64,000 bases of DNA from an uncultured Candidatus Poseidoniales archaeon (GTDB lineage: Archaea > Thermoplasmatota > Poseidoniia > Poseidoniales > Poseidoniaceae), in assembly GCA_964013535.1 (NCBI GenBank), contig CAXGWS010000003.1, positions 36,719-100,718 on the forward strand, in the 5' to 3' direction. The notes beneath the pieces were generated by a model. That model ran no database searches and was not told where the DNA came from. It worked only from the letters and a program-made list of their open reading frames with translations. The translations under genes were made by a program, and so were the position numbers. Of the stretch, positions 10,332 through 20,540 are shown piece by piece. Every line of letters begins with the position of its first letter. Position 1 is the stretch's first letter.

Positions 10332-12898
10332 TCGAGCAGACCAGCCTTTTCAATTTCTGAAATGTCAATATCCCCGGGTAACCCGAGGTCTACGGGCATT
10401 CCTCCAATGGTGATTATTACACCCGTAATATGAGTAAACAAACAAGGGGGGAAATCGCTTTCATTCTTCTTGTCGTTCAGTAACTTCCAACCGCTTGCTG
10501 ATTTGCGTTTTATCTTAGCGAAGGTCTCGACATCTCCAAATGCAATCCAGCCATTAGCGTTCCAGGCATGTTTCTGTAACTCTTTGGTCACAAAGGCTGG
10601 AGCAGGGGCTACAGTATGACGATACGGCCAAGCGTTTACCCAATCAAGCCCTGAGTCACGTAGCCATTCGATGCCAGTTGGCTCGCTACTGGCAGAGATA
10701 GTTTGCCCAATTGATTCTAAATGTCTCAACAAGCTGCGCAAATGAGGATGCCTTGATTGATTCTTAGCGAGATTTTCGGCTATGTTAGTTGCCGTCAGTA
10801 TTCTCCCCTCATCAAGGTGCAGTAGTGCACAAACAACATTTCCGTGAACCCATCCTTCGAGACCATTAGTTTTGATGTATCTCTCAAGAAGATTCAGTGC
10901 CTTTTCGAATTTCCCAATTAATCGAAGCCTGGCAACATCGCCAAGCAAAATAAGCCGGTCAGCAGGCTTATCACGATATGCCATTTCAGTAATTGGTTGA
11001 TTGTCTCTATAACGCTTAATCAAGTCAATATTACGCTTAGTTAGTGGATCTACGGACAGCAATGATTTGACTTTCTGGTCGAGTTGGCGTTTTTTAGGCT
11101 GCATAATTGAGGCGAACCATTTGAGTCTTGCCGCCTCAATATCGTCATCGGGCAACATTGCAATTCGAGGTTTTGCTTCGGCTAAGTCACGCTGACTCAA
11201 ACTTGCTGCAACTAGAATCAATCTCGCAATTTGCGCCTCACGACCGCCTCGTAGCGCTAAGATCGAAACAGCGTTATTTTCTGCATCATCCCAGCGTCCC
11301 ATGGCAGCATAAATTTCCATCATAGCATCGGTTTTTCTCACCAAATCAAGACCTTCTAATTGTTCTCCATGACCTTCTATCACCGCGTCAATTCGTTTCA
11401 ATGCCTTGTCCCATGAGTCTTCGGTTACCAATTTTCTAATCGCTTTTTGTTTAAGGTAAATTACATCCTCTAATTGGGCCATTCGAGCGCGGTTTTCACC
11501 AACTGATGCATCAAAGGATATATCTTCGAGTCGAGAGCCGATTTTCCTCGATCTTGCCCATATTACGACGAAGGCAACTTGACCACCAGAAGCAAGCATC
11601 CAAGTCAATTCCTCCAAAGCATCTTTTTGCATCACGGTGCAGATATTGTTTTCCCACGAACCGCAGGCTGCACCCTGCGGCAAGAAAGACGAATCCCAGA
11701 ATGTTATCATGGCCAAGGCCAACAGAAGCATCGATTGTCCGGCAAATCCGGTGAAGCAGAAATTCAAAACTTTAGCTTGCTGACTTCGTTCTGCTCTTAG
11801 CAAACGGCTATCTGCCAACTTAATCCCGCCTTTACCTGATACGTCTTGTACATCGAGGAAAAGTATGCGGGCAACTTCATACACAAACAAGAAACCTATC
11901 AGCGCAACGTTAAGCAATAGGAACAGCAGTACCATATTCACCAGTGGTACCCTGATACCCTCTGCAGGGATGAAAGCAAATAACTCGATGAGGGCAAATC
12001 CAAGAATTCCACCCTCTTCCATAATCGAGGATTGAACACGGTATTCTGGTAAATTTAGGACTCTATCGGAGTGAGTAAACATATTTGGGTCAATTGCGAT
12101 GGCAAATATCGAAACTATGGTATTGAATGCAACGAACGGCATTACAGATAGGTTGATGTTTACTATCTGAGCAATTGCTTGTTGTTTCGGATTTGGCTTG
12201 TGATTGTGAAATGGCGAGGGTTCACCTCCCGCTATTTTGATTGATGACTGTTTCAATGCTTGCCAAGAAGACCCCAACACTCTGCCATAGGCCAGCACGG
12301 CTGGTGAGAAGGCAATAAATGCACAGATACTGAATACTCGATACGATGGAACTTCAAGAGAGGTGAGTAATACCGCAATTATTCCTACAAAAATCATCCA
12401 ACTCAAGGTAAGTACCACATACGAGTAAGTTTGCCAAATATTTGAGTTCTGTAATGTGGCTCGACCCGCTCCAACTGGTTTTACCACCTGAGCGCCAAGC
12501 GATGAACCGCTGGATATTATTGCCGGTATAGCAATGAATGACAATGCGATGATAATTGATGCTGCGTGAAATCCGTCTGAGAGGCCGTATTCCGTCAGCA
12601 AGAATTCAAACAACAAGATCAATACTCCGGTTAAGGCAAACATATAGCTGGTAACACCGAACCTCATCCCTTTGGTTTGAAGGAGATTTCTTGCATCCTC
12701 CACCGACCTTGTAACATTGTGGACTTCGTAGCGTTTTTCTGCAGTTTGAAATGCGACTTGTAATCCTCTTAATTGTCTTGGTACCACACTATTGTAAAAC
12801 AAGTATGCCGTAACGGCTGCAAGCAAAAAAGGGACAATCGCAACAACTCCGAAATCGTTTATGATTGGCGGTGCTGAAATTTCAAATCCTCCTGTCAG
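10328..12898 (-). CDS. Hypothetical polytopic membrane protein with helical (TPR-like) C-terminal domain; start uncertain (12826 TTG, 12880 ATT or 12898 CTG)
   Basis: About 8-9 hydrophobic segments followed by an alpha-helical soluble region; the frame stays open upstream of 12826 to 12922. Confidence 0.75.
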   Translation of the reverse strand: MTGGFEISAPPIINDFGVVAIVPFLLAAVTAYLFYNSVVPRQLRGLQVAFQTAEKRYEVHNVTRSVEDARNLLQTKGMRFGVTSYMFALTGVLILLFEFLLTEYGLSDGFHAASIIIALSFIAIPAIISSGSSLGAQVVKPVGAGRATLQNSNIWQTYSYVVLTLSWMIFVGIIAVLLTSLEVPSYRVFSICAFIAFSPAVLAYGRVLGSSWQALKQSSIKIAGGEPSPFHNHKPNPKQQAIAQIVNINLSVMPFVAFNTIVSIFAIAIDPNMFTHSDRVLNLPEYRVQSSIMEEGGILGFALIELFAFIPAEGIRVPLVNMVLLFLLLNVALIGFLFVYEVARILFLDVQDVSGKGGIKLADSRLLRAERSQQAKVLNFCFTGFAGQSMLLLALAMITFWDSSFLPQGAACGSWENNICTVMQKDALEELTWMLASGGQVAFVVIWARSRKIGSRLEDISFDASVGENRARMAQLEDVIYLKQKAIRKLVTEDSWDKALKRIDAVIEGHGEQLEGLDLVRKTDAMMEIYAAMGRWDDAENNAVSILALRGGREAQIARLILVAASLSQRDLAEAKPRIAMLPDDDIEAARLKWFASIMQPKKRQLDQKVKSLLSVDPLTKRNIDLIKRYRDNQPITEMAYRDKPADRLILLGDVARLRLIGKFEKALNLLERYIKTNGLEGWVHGNVVCALLHLDEGRILTATNIAENLAKNQSRHPHLRSLLRHLESIGQTISASSEPTGIEWLRDSGLDWVNAWPYRHTVAPAPAFVTKELQKHAWNANGWIAFGDVETFAKIKRKSASGWKLLNDKKNESDFPPCLFTHITGVIITIGGMPVDLGLPGDIDISEIEKAGLLD

Positions 12899-14904
12899 AC
12901 TAGGCTGGGTTGCGATAATTTCTCACTAATTTCATTGTTGATTTTGCTGATAAATTCATCAAGTGGTATATCTGCTACTTGATCTCCATTGCGCGCTCGC
13001 AAACTAACAGTGTGATTTTCTGCTTCACCATCTCCAAGGATAATCATGTAGGCCGGGTGAAGTTTTCTGTGAGTTCTAATCTTCTTGCCGATGGTGTCAT
13101 CTCCATCATCAATCTGTACTCGAATACCATTTTCCTTTAGTTTTTCAGCAACTGTATTAGCATATTCAGTGTGCTTCTGAGAAATGGTTAGAATATGGCA
13201 CTGAGTTGGTGACAACCAAGTAGGGAAGCGGCCGGCAAAATGTTCGATTAGCACACCACAGAACCTCTCCATAGAGCCGAACGGTGCTCGATGTATCATC
13301 ACCGGTCGATGCAATTCACCATCTGAGCCTTTGTAGGTCAAATCGAAACGCTCCGGCAGGTTGTAATCTACCTGAACAGTTCCTAACTGCCATTCACGGC
13401 CAATAACATCCTTCACGACGAAATCAATTTTTGGCCCGTAGAACGCTGCTTCGCCTTCTTCTTCTGACCAATCAACACCGAGTGATGCTGCCGCATCACG
13501 GCACGCTTTCTCGGCCTTGTCCCAACGCTTTGGATCGCCAACATATTTGGTTGAGTCCGGGTCACGTAGACCAACCCTAACCCGATAGTCAGTCATGCCC
13601 AACTTATCAAAAATGATTTGCACGAGTTCAATACATCCAAGCACCTCTTGTGCAATTTGATCTTCTGTAACGAATAGATGTGCATCATCTTGCGTGAACC
13701 CCCTCACCCTCGTCATTCCGGAGATTTCACCCGATTGCTCCCAGCGATAAACCGTGCCAAATTCTGCTAATCTTAGCGGTAGATCTCGATATGATCTGGC
13801 TTGCGAGGCGTATATTTTGACGTGATGTGGGCAATTCATTGGCTTAAGCATGTAACCATCAATTTCACCTGACTTCATCATATTGGATAACTCGGAGCAG
13901 GAGCATCCCTCATCGGCTAATTTTTTCATCAGGTCTTTTTCAACCAATGGGGGATATTGAGAGTCTTGGTAGTAGGGGAAGTGGCCGGAGGTTCGATACA
14001 AATCTAATTTCCCGATGTGCGGAGTAAATACTTGAGAATAACCTTGTCTTGTGAGGTGCTCACCAATAAAATTCTGTAACTCTTGGCGAATTATCGCTCC
14101 TCGCGGAGTCCAGAGAATCAATCCTTGTCCCACCTCCTCATCAATGTGGAAGAGTTGCAAATCGCGACCGAGTTTTCTGTGGTCGCGTTTTTTGGCCTCT
14201 TCCATCCTGTGCAAGGTTTGTTTCAAGGCGTCTTTTGTTGGTTCAACAATGCCGTAGATGCGGACTAATTGTTCTCTGTCTTGGTCTCCTCGCCAGTAGG
14301 CCGATGAAACACTAGTTAATTTTGAGAACATTAATTTTCCAGTGCTTTGAACGTGTGGTCCGAGGCATAAATCATACCAATCACCCTGCTTGTAAATTGT
14401 TGAACCCGTTCCTTCTCCGATCTTATCGTTGATTATCTCTATTTTGTACTGATTATCAGTAAAATGTTCGCGCAGTTCTTCATCATCAAGTTCGATTCTT
14501 TCTACGATTAGATTGCGTCTAGCAATTTCTTGCATTTTTTTGTGAATTGGCTTAAGGTCTGCCTCAGTAATCGGCTCCATGGCAAAATCGTAGTAGAAAC
14601 CTCTCTCGATTGCGGGCCCTATAGTAGGCTTAGCGTCTGGATAAAGCTCGACAACGGCTTGGGCAAGAAGGTGAGCTGTGCTGTGTCTGAGGATGTGCAT
14701 TCCGGCAGGTGAATCTGCTTTGATGCCTTCAACTTCACAAGAGTCATGAATTTCGTAGGACATGTCTTTTTGCGAACCATCGACCAGTGCAGCGAGGCAG
14801 CCGTTTTTCTTTCCCAGTGCATCAGTTATTACTTCTAAACAGGTGATTCCAGCAGCATATTCGTTAACTGTTCCATCTGGAAGTGTTATGTTAATCAGTG
14901 CCAA
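12895..14904 (-). CDS. thrS: Threonine--tRNA ligase (bacterial type, TGS + editing domains)
   Basis: ITLPDG, HSTAH, DLCLGPH, KPMNCPHH, RVRGFTQDDAH and HRAPFGSMERF. Likely start is TTG 14904 after GAGAGG. Confidence 0.96.
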   Translation of the reverse strand: MALINITLPDGTVNEYAAGITCLEVITDALGKKNGCLAALVDGSQKDMSYEIHDSCEVEGIKADSPAGMHILRHSTAHLLAQAVVELYPDAKPTIGPAIERGFYYDFAMEPITEADLKPIHKKMQEIARRNLIVERIELDDEELREHFTDNQYKIEIINDKIGEGTGSTIYKQGDWYDLCLGPHVQSTGKLMFSKLTSVSSAYWRGDQDREQLVRIYGIVEPTKDALKQTLHRMEEAKKRDHRKLGRDLQLFHIDEEVGQGLILWTPRGAIIRQELQNFIGEHLTRQGYSQVFTPHIGKLDLYRTSGHFPYYQDSQYPPLVEKDLMKKLADEGCSCSELSNMMKSGEIDGYMLKPMNCPHHVKIYASQARSYRDLPLRLAEFGTVYRWEQSGEISGMTRVRGFTQDDAHLFVTEDQIAQEVLGCIELVQIIFDKLGMTDYRVRVGLRDPDSTKYVGDPKRWDKAEKACRDAAASLGVDWSEEEGEAAFYGPKIDFVVKDVIGREWQLGTVQVDYNLPERFDLTYKGSDGELHRPVMIHRAPFGSMERFCGVLIEHFAGRFPTWLSPTQCHILTISQKHTEYANTVAEKLKENGIRVQIDDGDDTIGKKIRTHRKLHPAYMIILGDGEAENHTVSLRARNGDQVADIPLDEFISKINNEISEKLSQPSLV

Positions 14905-15081
14905 AAAAACCTCTCCTACAGTTGTCGGAGTCTCTAACCCTTCATCAATTTCTCGATACAAATTTGAATTCAGCACTGTATTTTTGCCGCAGTAGCGGTG
15001 TTCAATAATTTTCATTAAATTACGGTTATTGTTAAACAAATTCCCACAAGTATTGAAGAGTAGTAGGTTCAGAATATTATC

Positions 15082-18000
15082 ATGGCTAAATCCCACAGTA
15101 TCATTGGAATGATGATTCTGGTTCTAATTTTACCACTTTATTCCCCTCTCGTAGCAGCCGATCCGCTACCTGAGGAGCCGCAAATAAACGCTATTTGGCT
15201 GGCTGATGAATTCGGTGAAAATTCCCACAACTACAGGGTCACTTTCGCTGATGGTGAATCATATCAGGCGATTATAGATGTTGTACATGAGAGAAATGGT
15301 GAATCAATCGATGTAGATGTTCTCCAATCTTGGGACTTAATCGATGGTTATCGAGTTGTTGACTTAGTGCTGAATACCAGCATACTATGGAACGATTTAG
15401 TTACCGTTTCAGCCACGATTACTCATTATGATGGTCAAGAATTAACTAATCCAATAGTTACTCACCGAGAATTTGAAATTGGCACTTGGAATCAGCCGAT
15501 GGATGACCATGAAATCATGTTGGAAACAACATGGTTACTCGACCAGACCTACAACAACTCTGATGGACAACAAGGATTCAATTTGGACTTTGCCGGTCAA
15601 GGCTGGCAACAAAGAACCGGTGATACTGTAGAATCATGGGAATTAGGCAATGGTAGCGTATTATTCCTTGAAACAACAGAAATGGGCAGTAATAATTTAT
15701 CTCTTGACCTACAATCGATTTGGAAGAATGAAACAATACAAAGCGGGACATTGACCTCTCAGGTTTTCGAAGCCATCGGCAGTGGCAACATGCACATTAT
15801 CGCATTAGATGATGAAGTTGAAACCTCGATATTAGTACAAGTTACAAATGCAGAACTAAATCGCTCAATAATCGAGGATGTAGTGTCCGAGCGACTGAAG
15901 ATAGATGCAAATGGAGTGCTAAATATTAGTTCAAACGAGGGTGAAAATTCATCAACAAGCATTGATGGTGATATTGGTGTATTTTACCTCGAAACATGGG
16001 ATGAGAACGGCGTTAGGAGATATTACGACCAAAGTTTTGAGGCGATAGCTGAAATGATTGTAATCGAAGAAGGAAGCAGGCTAGACATCGATATAAGCAC
16101 CCTCAGTTCAGGAGAGACTTGGGTTGAAGGGGCGAGAACTGCGCAATTAGAGGAATTAATCGGTTCGGGAACATTTGGTTTCTCCGAAAGCGACAATGAG
16201 TCATCAATAAGCATCAATGGAACAATCTATGACTTCCACACCAAAACAGAACAAGGCATAACATTAGTTGATGAATTACACATAGATGGCGACATAACTG
16301 GCGATGTTCAAGGTAATTTTGGTGTTGTTAGAGGTATTGAGTTGACTGGCCTTCAGGCAAATGCAACAGGGGTAGAATTTCCAGTCAATGTAATACACGA
16401 AGAATCTTGGTTTAACCTGACTGGTATCAACGGTGGTAACTTCTTTGATGGGGCAGGAATAGGTACCACTCACAACCAAACCTGGGATTATCAAGTCATC
16501 TACTCTGATTGGGATAATAGAACGGTTCGTTTGGTCTGGGAAGAATCAGGAGCCGATGCATCCAGCGGTGAAGAGTTCCCCGAGCGTAGTCCAATTGAGG
16601 TTCAGCCCGAGCCACCCGAAGTGGATGAAGCATTGGGAAATCTAACAGTAAGTAGGGAAACTGGCTTGATGCCGATACCTATGATGCCTGGTGATAGTAT
16701 AAGGCTTGACGGACAGCCTGGATTGACTCTAATTGTAACTGCTGAGTCATTGGAAAATGATCCACGAGACGGGCATAACTTCCATGTTGTAACATGGTCA
16801 GGTGTTTACGAAGGCGATGAGTCGGGAACTGCAACCGGAGCTATAATTGACGAAGGGCCGCTGAAAGGACTTATCTCAAGCGTCTCTCGACAACTTTCCA
16901 TTCCATTCGGAGAAGCCGGTTATCTTGCTAATTTTACTGAGACACAACTGCTTACTAGAGTCATTTCACCAGCAGTAGTAACGGCTGAAGAAAATTCTGC
17001 GCCGGTAGTCAACGCACTATACCTCCTCGAGGGATTAATAGTCTCAGAAGGAGGCAGTGTAGCTACGTTGATTGCCGAAGTTAACGATGTTGATTGGAAT
17101 CTAGAGCAGGTAACAGTTGACCTTAGCCCGATTGGTGGTCAAGTTGTGGTAATGAATGACCGAGGTGTTGATGGTGACACAGTAATCGGGGATGATAAGT
17201 ACTCAACACGGATTATCGTCCAAGGTTTGGAGGTAGGAGATTTCACACTCAATGTGGAAGCCATTGATTCATTCGATGTTTTGACTTCTTCCAGCGGTGA
17301 AATCTCTGTCGCCAATCTAGCGCCAAGGATGACGGCAGCAGAAATCTTGCCTAATCAAGGTCCTCGGGGAACAAATATGGTCGTTAATGTCGAGGCATAT
17401 GATGGTCATGGAGTTTCTAACATAAGTATTGATTTGCGAGATTTTGGTGGTGAATTGCTGCAAATGAACGAAAATTCGGGGATATGGACGACTATGATGA
17501 CTGTCCCGGAGGGGATGTCGCCTGGCACGCAAACGTTGGATTTCGTACTGGTTGACGGCTTAGGTAAAGTGGGAATAACCAATGTTTGGTTAAACGGTCA
17601 ACGGTCTGCAGATCATCAGTACGGCTTACATCACATCCCAAATGAAGAGTCCATCCCTATCGAAATCACCGTGGAAAACTCAGCCCCAACCTTCACACTT
17701 CCCGATGTAACAAAGTACACGCGTGGAGATGTTTCAAGCACTGTTGTTTTTGAGGTTGAAATCTCAGATTCGGATGGAATTACCAACGCTCGAGCAAATC
17801 TAGGAGTCTTCACACCATTAGGTAATCAACCCGGGTGGGTTTCTATGAATGACAATGGAATAAATGGAGATAGGGTTCCTCAAGATGGTATCTTTTCAGT
17901 TGAGATGTCGATAAGAACGAGCACACCATTGGGCACCCATGAAATTCAAATTCAAGCAATAGACAGTTTCGACGTTGCCACACCGGTTACTCCAGTATCC

Positions 18001-18177
18001 GTAATCGTAGAAGAAGACACTGATTTAATCCCCAGTTTGGATAGTGAATCTCTATCCAGTACGGTACTGGTTGTGATATTACTTGGATTCACGGCAATCA
18101 CCTTAGTTGCTTTGTTGTTTTTGATGCGTAAATCAAAAGACAAAGAATACCTTGGCGATAGGTTTGGTTTTGAGTAG
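15082..18177 (+). CDS. Large acidic cell-surface protein with signal peptide, Ig-like repeats and C-terminal TM anchor
   Basis: N-terminal signal peptide; two MND.G..GD....D...S motifs (choice-of-anchor X-like); C-terminal TM followed by RKSKDK. Confidence 0.75.
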   Translation: MAKSHSIIGMMILVLILPLYSPLVAADPLPEEPQINAIWLADEFGENSHNYRVTFADGESYQAIIDVVHERNGESIDVDVLQSWDLIDGYRVVDLVLNTSILWNDLVTVSATITHYDGQELTNPIVTHREFEIGTWNQPMDDHEIMLETTWLLDQTYNNSDGQQGFNLDFAGQGWQQRTGDTVESWELGNGSVLFLETTEMGSNNLSLDLQSIWKNETIQSGTLTSQVFEAIGSGNMHIIALDDEVETSILVQVTNAELNRSIIEDVVSERLKIDANGVLNISSNEGENSSTSIDGDIGVFYLETWDENGVRRYYDQSFEAIAEMIVIEEGSRLDIDISTLSSGETWVEGARTAQLEELIGSGTFGFSESDNESSISINGTIYDFHTKTEQGITLVDELHIDGDITGDVQGNFGVVRGIELTGLQANATGVEFPVNVIHEESWFNLTGINGGNFFDGAGIGTTHNQTWDYQVIYSDWDNRTVRLVWEESGADASSGEEFPERSPIEVQPEPPEVDEALGNLTVSRETGLMPIPMMPGDSIRLDGQPGLTLIVTAESLENDPRDGHNFHVVTWSGVYEGDESGTATGAIIDEGPLKGLISSVSRQLSIPFGEAGYLANFTETQLLTRVISPAVVTAEENSAPVVNALYLLEGLIVSEGGSVATLIAEVNDVDWNLEQVTVDLSPIGGQVVVMNDRGVDGDTVIGDDKYSTRIIVQGLEVGDFTLNVEAIDSFDVLTSSSGEISVANLAPRMTAAEILPNQGPRGTNMVVNVEAYDGHGVSNISIDLRDFGGELLQMNENSGIWTTMMTVPEGMSPGTQTLDFVLVDGLGKVGITNVWLNGQRSADHQYGLHHIPNEESIPIEITVENSAPTFTLPDVTKYTRGDVSSTVVFEVEISDSDGITNARANLGVFTPLGNQPGWVSMNDNGINGDRVPQDGIFSVEMSIRTSTPLGTHEIQIQAIDSFDVATPVTPVSVIVEEDTDLIPSLDSESLSSTVLVVILLGFTAITLVALLFLMRKSKDKEYLGDRFGFE

Positions 18178-18195
18178 GTCTATTTCCGATAACGG

Positions 18196-18201
18196 TTTAT
18201 A
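18196..18201 (+). promoter_or_regulatory. Archaeal TATA box of tRNA-Gly
   Basis: TTTATA ending 27 nt upstream of the tRNA 5' end, preceded by a purine-rich BRE-like CGATAA. Confidence 0.6.
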
Positions 18202-18227
18202 CCCCCGTTTAGTGGGATGGCTACCCA

Positions 18228-18302
18228 GCGAGCGTAGTGTAGTGGTTATCACCGGGCGTTGCCAACGCCTGAACCCGGGTTCGAGTCCCGGCGCTCGCAC
18301 CA
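18228..18302 (+). tRNA. tRNA-Gly (anticodon GCC), CCA encoded
   Basis: Acceptor stem GCGAGCG/CGCTCGC, anticodon arm GGGCG-TTGCCAA-CGCCT, T-arm CCGGG-TTCGAGT-CCCGG, 3' ACCA. Confidence 0.97.
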
Positions 18303-18365
18303 AATTGACAAAATTGTCTAAGTAACATTTAACCGTTGAACGATTATGGCAACGCAGGGTTCAGC

Positions 18366-18689
18366 ATGACAGACAGACGAACAATTTTCATCGGCAAGAA
18401 ACCATTACACGCATACGTAAGAGCAGTCGTTATGGCAATGGAAGCAGGAGATCGCAATTTGGAGTTGGTCGCTCGGGGAGCAACCATAGGCAGAGCTGTT
18501 GATGTTGCTGAGGTATGCCGTAGGAGAAACGGTATCATTGCTCAAGGCCTGCCTGAAGAGGTAGTTATTGGCGAAATTAACTGTGAGAGTGAGGTAATTC
18601 CTTCAGAGGATGGAAGAGACCGAACTGTGAGTGTTCTAAGAATTGAGTTAGACGGTCACGGTGACCTACCAGAAAGAGAAGAAGAGTGA
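18366..18689 (+). CDS. albA: DNA/RNA-binding protein Alba
   Basis: IFIGKKP..YV and ARG.TI.RAVDVAE, C-terminal VS.LRI.L. Confidence 0.9.
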   Translation: MTDRRTIFIGKKPLHAYVRAVVMAMEAGDRNLELVARGATIGRAVDVAEVCRRRNGIIAQGLPEEVVIGEINCESEVIPSEDGRDRTVSVLRIELDGHGDLPEREEE

Positions 18690-18690
18690 A

Positions 18691-19050
18691 TCACTCCAGC
18701 ATCAAAATCCGTTGCTCGATAGCTTCTGCTGTTCTTTCAAATACCTCAATGGACTGGCCTACTGGGTCATCTAGATTCCAATCTTGATCTAATTTTATCG
18801 TCGGGCATTCAACTCCACAACCCATTGAAATGACCATGTCAAATGAACTTGGGGTAAACAAATCAAGACTCTTAGGCTTCATGCCAGAAATATCAATTCC
18901 TTTTTTTTGTAATATTGTTAAAGCATGAGTAGAAACTTGTTTTGCTGGGTGGGTTCCCGCCGAGTGTGCATCATGGCCATACAACTTTGCAATACCTTCT
19001 GCCATTTGTGAGCGACAGGAGTTGCCTACACATACAAATAATATTTTCAT
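18691..19050 (-). CDS. arsC: Arsenate reductase / low-molecular-weight phosphatase
   Basis: CVGNSCRSQMAE, SAGT and DDPVG. Confidence 0.88.
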   Translation of the reverse strand: MKILFVCVGNSCRSQMAEGIAKLYGHDAHSAGTHPAKQVSTHALTILQKKGIDISGMKPKSLDLFTPSSFDMVISMGCGVECPTIKLDQDWNLDDPVGQSIEVFERTAEAIEQRILMLE

Positions 19051-19142
19051 GGATTATTCTAATCGGCCTAACATTTAATTTATTTCTATATAGAAACAGT
19101 CAGTGTTATCACTATGTCATGTAGAGAGTATATTGAACCAAC

Positions 19143-19502
19143 ATGTTGGGACGCTTTCGTGCGGTGATTTATTTTGCAGTCCTGTTTGTAGTATTATTTG
19201 CAACGCACATCATCTTCGCGGCACTAAACAATGATGTTTTATTCCGGATAGTGGTTATTTGTATCACAATTTTGACATTCTTCGCTGGCCCAATTTGTGC
19301 ATTAATTGAATCAGAACATACCAGATATGGTGCAAGTTTTACTCATGGTATGGCACTATCTCTTCCACTATCAACTGGTCTTGGATGGGCTTATAATGGC
19401 ATGTCGGCTGGTTTTGAAATGGTTATTTTTCCGATTTTATCGGTTTTTATTCATCTAGCCATCAAACAAAGCGCTGTGGGTACTACCTATGGGTTGAAGT
19501 AG
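19143..19502 (+). CDS. Hypothetical 4-TM membrane protein
   Basis: 119-aa ORF with four hydrophobic helices that fills the gap between neighbours. Confidence 0.7.
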   Translation: MLGRFRAVIYFAVLFVVLFATHIIFAALNNDVLFRIVVICITILTFFAGPICALIESEHTRYGASFTHGMALSLPLSTGLGWAYNGMSAGFEMVIFPILSVFIHLAIKQSAVGTTYGLK

Positions 19503-19522
19503 GATTATTGTTTGGTAAAATC

Positions 19523-20530
19523 ATGGCCGATTCTCCGGTGAGTACTCATGACCCCAAAGGGGCAAAGCCCACGGAAGGGCCAACTGCTCAACAGCAAAAA
19601 GAGATGGAAAGTGCTTATGCCAACATGAAGCGAAAAATGGCAATGCAGGAAATTGGCAGAAAAATAAAACATAAAATCATGGTTTTATCCGGTAAAGGCG
19701 GCGTCGGGAAATCAACGGTTTCAACCGGTCTAGCCTTGTCGCTTGCTCAACAAGGTCACACCGTTGGCATCCTTGACATAGACATCACTGGACCAAATGT
19801 TCCAAAAATGATGGGCTTGGATGGAAAAAGACTCCACGTTGAGCAGGGTAGAATTCATCCAGCACAAGGTCACATGGGTGTTAAGGTCATCTCAATGGCC
19901 TTCCTGCTCGAAGATGAAGATACTCCTGTGGTTTGGCGTGGGCCAATCAAACTCGGCGCAATCCAACAATTCATCGGCGACGTAGAGTGGGGTCAACTGG
20001 ATTACCTCGTAATCGATTTCCCGCCTGGGACCTCAGATGAGCCGTTGACTGTCGCTCAATCATTACCAGATATTGATGGAATGGTAATCGTTACCACTCC
20101 GCAAGATGTTGCACTGCTTGATAGCAGAAAATCAATCACCTTTTCGGAGTCACTCAAAGTTCCAGTTTTAGGTGTTGTTGAGAACATGAGTGGTTATACA
20201 ATTTCGGGGACAACCAATCCGTCAACGAGCCTAGAAATTGCCGGTCCTGGTGGTAAGAAGCACCAAGTCACCTCAGATGAGCAAGGCAAATTCAGTGTGA
20301 CGCTTGATATTTTCAAACAAGGTGGCGGTAAGTCTACCGCACAGGAATTTGGTGTACCCTTCCTTGGTGAGTTGCCATTTGACCCAGGGTTTGTTCGTGG
20401 TGGTGATGACGGAGTACACCGTATTGTCAGTGAGCCAGATGGTGCATCGGCTATTGCGTTTGGTAAAGTTGTCGAAGCGATTAAATCCCAAATTGGGCAA
20501 TCTTCAAGCCAAGGGTTAGAAATTATTTGA
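19523..20530 (+). CDS. Mrp/NBP35 (ApbC) Fe-S cluster carrier ATPase
   Basis: SGKGGVGKST, DIDITGP, VVWRGP, DFPPGTSD, VTTPQ and ENMS. Confidence 0.92.
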   Translation: MADSPVSTHDPKGAKPTEGPTAQQQKEMESAYANMKRKMAMQEIGRKIKHKIMVLSGKGGVGKSTVSTGLALSLAQQGHTVGILDIDITGPNVPKMMGLDGKRLHVEQGRIHPAQGHMGVKVISMAFLLEDEDTPVVWRGPIKLGAIQQFIGDVEWGQLDYLVIDFPPGTSDEPLTVAQSLPDIDGMVIVTTPQDVALLDSRKSITFSESLKVPVLGVVENMSGYTISGTTNPSTSLEIAGPGGKKHQVTSDEQGKFSVTLDIFKQGGGKSTAQEFGVPFLGELPFDPGFVRGGDDGVHRIVSEPDGASAIAFGKVVEAIKSQIGQSSSQGLEII

Positions 20531-20540
20531 GGCATAGAAA

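Noticed and set aside
14905..15096. 64-aa N-terminal extension of ThrRS in the ORF track
   Set aside because: It covers the AT-rich divergent promoter and overlaps the next gene; the TGS domain starts at TTG 14904 with an SD.
18228..18340. tRNA-Gly as an integration site
   Set aside because: No integrase and no duplicated tRNA 3' end were seen in the window.
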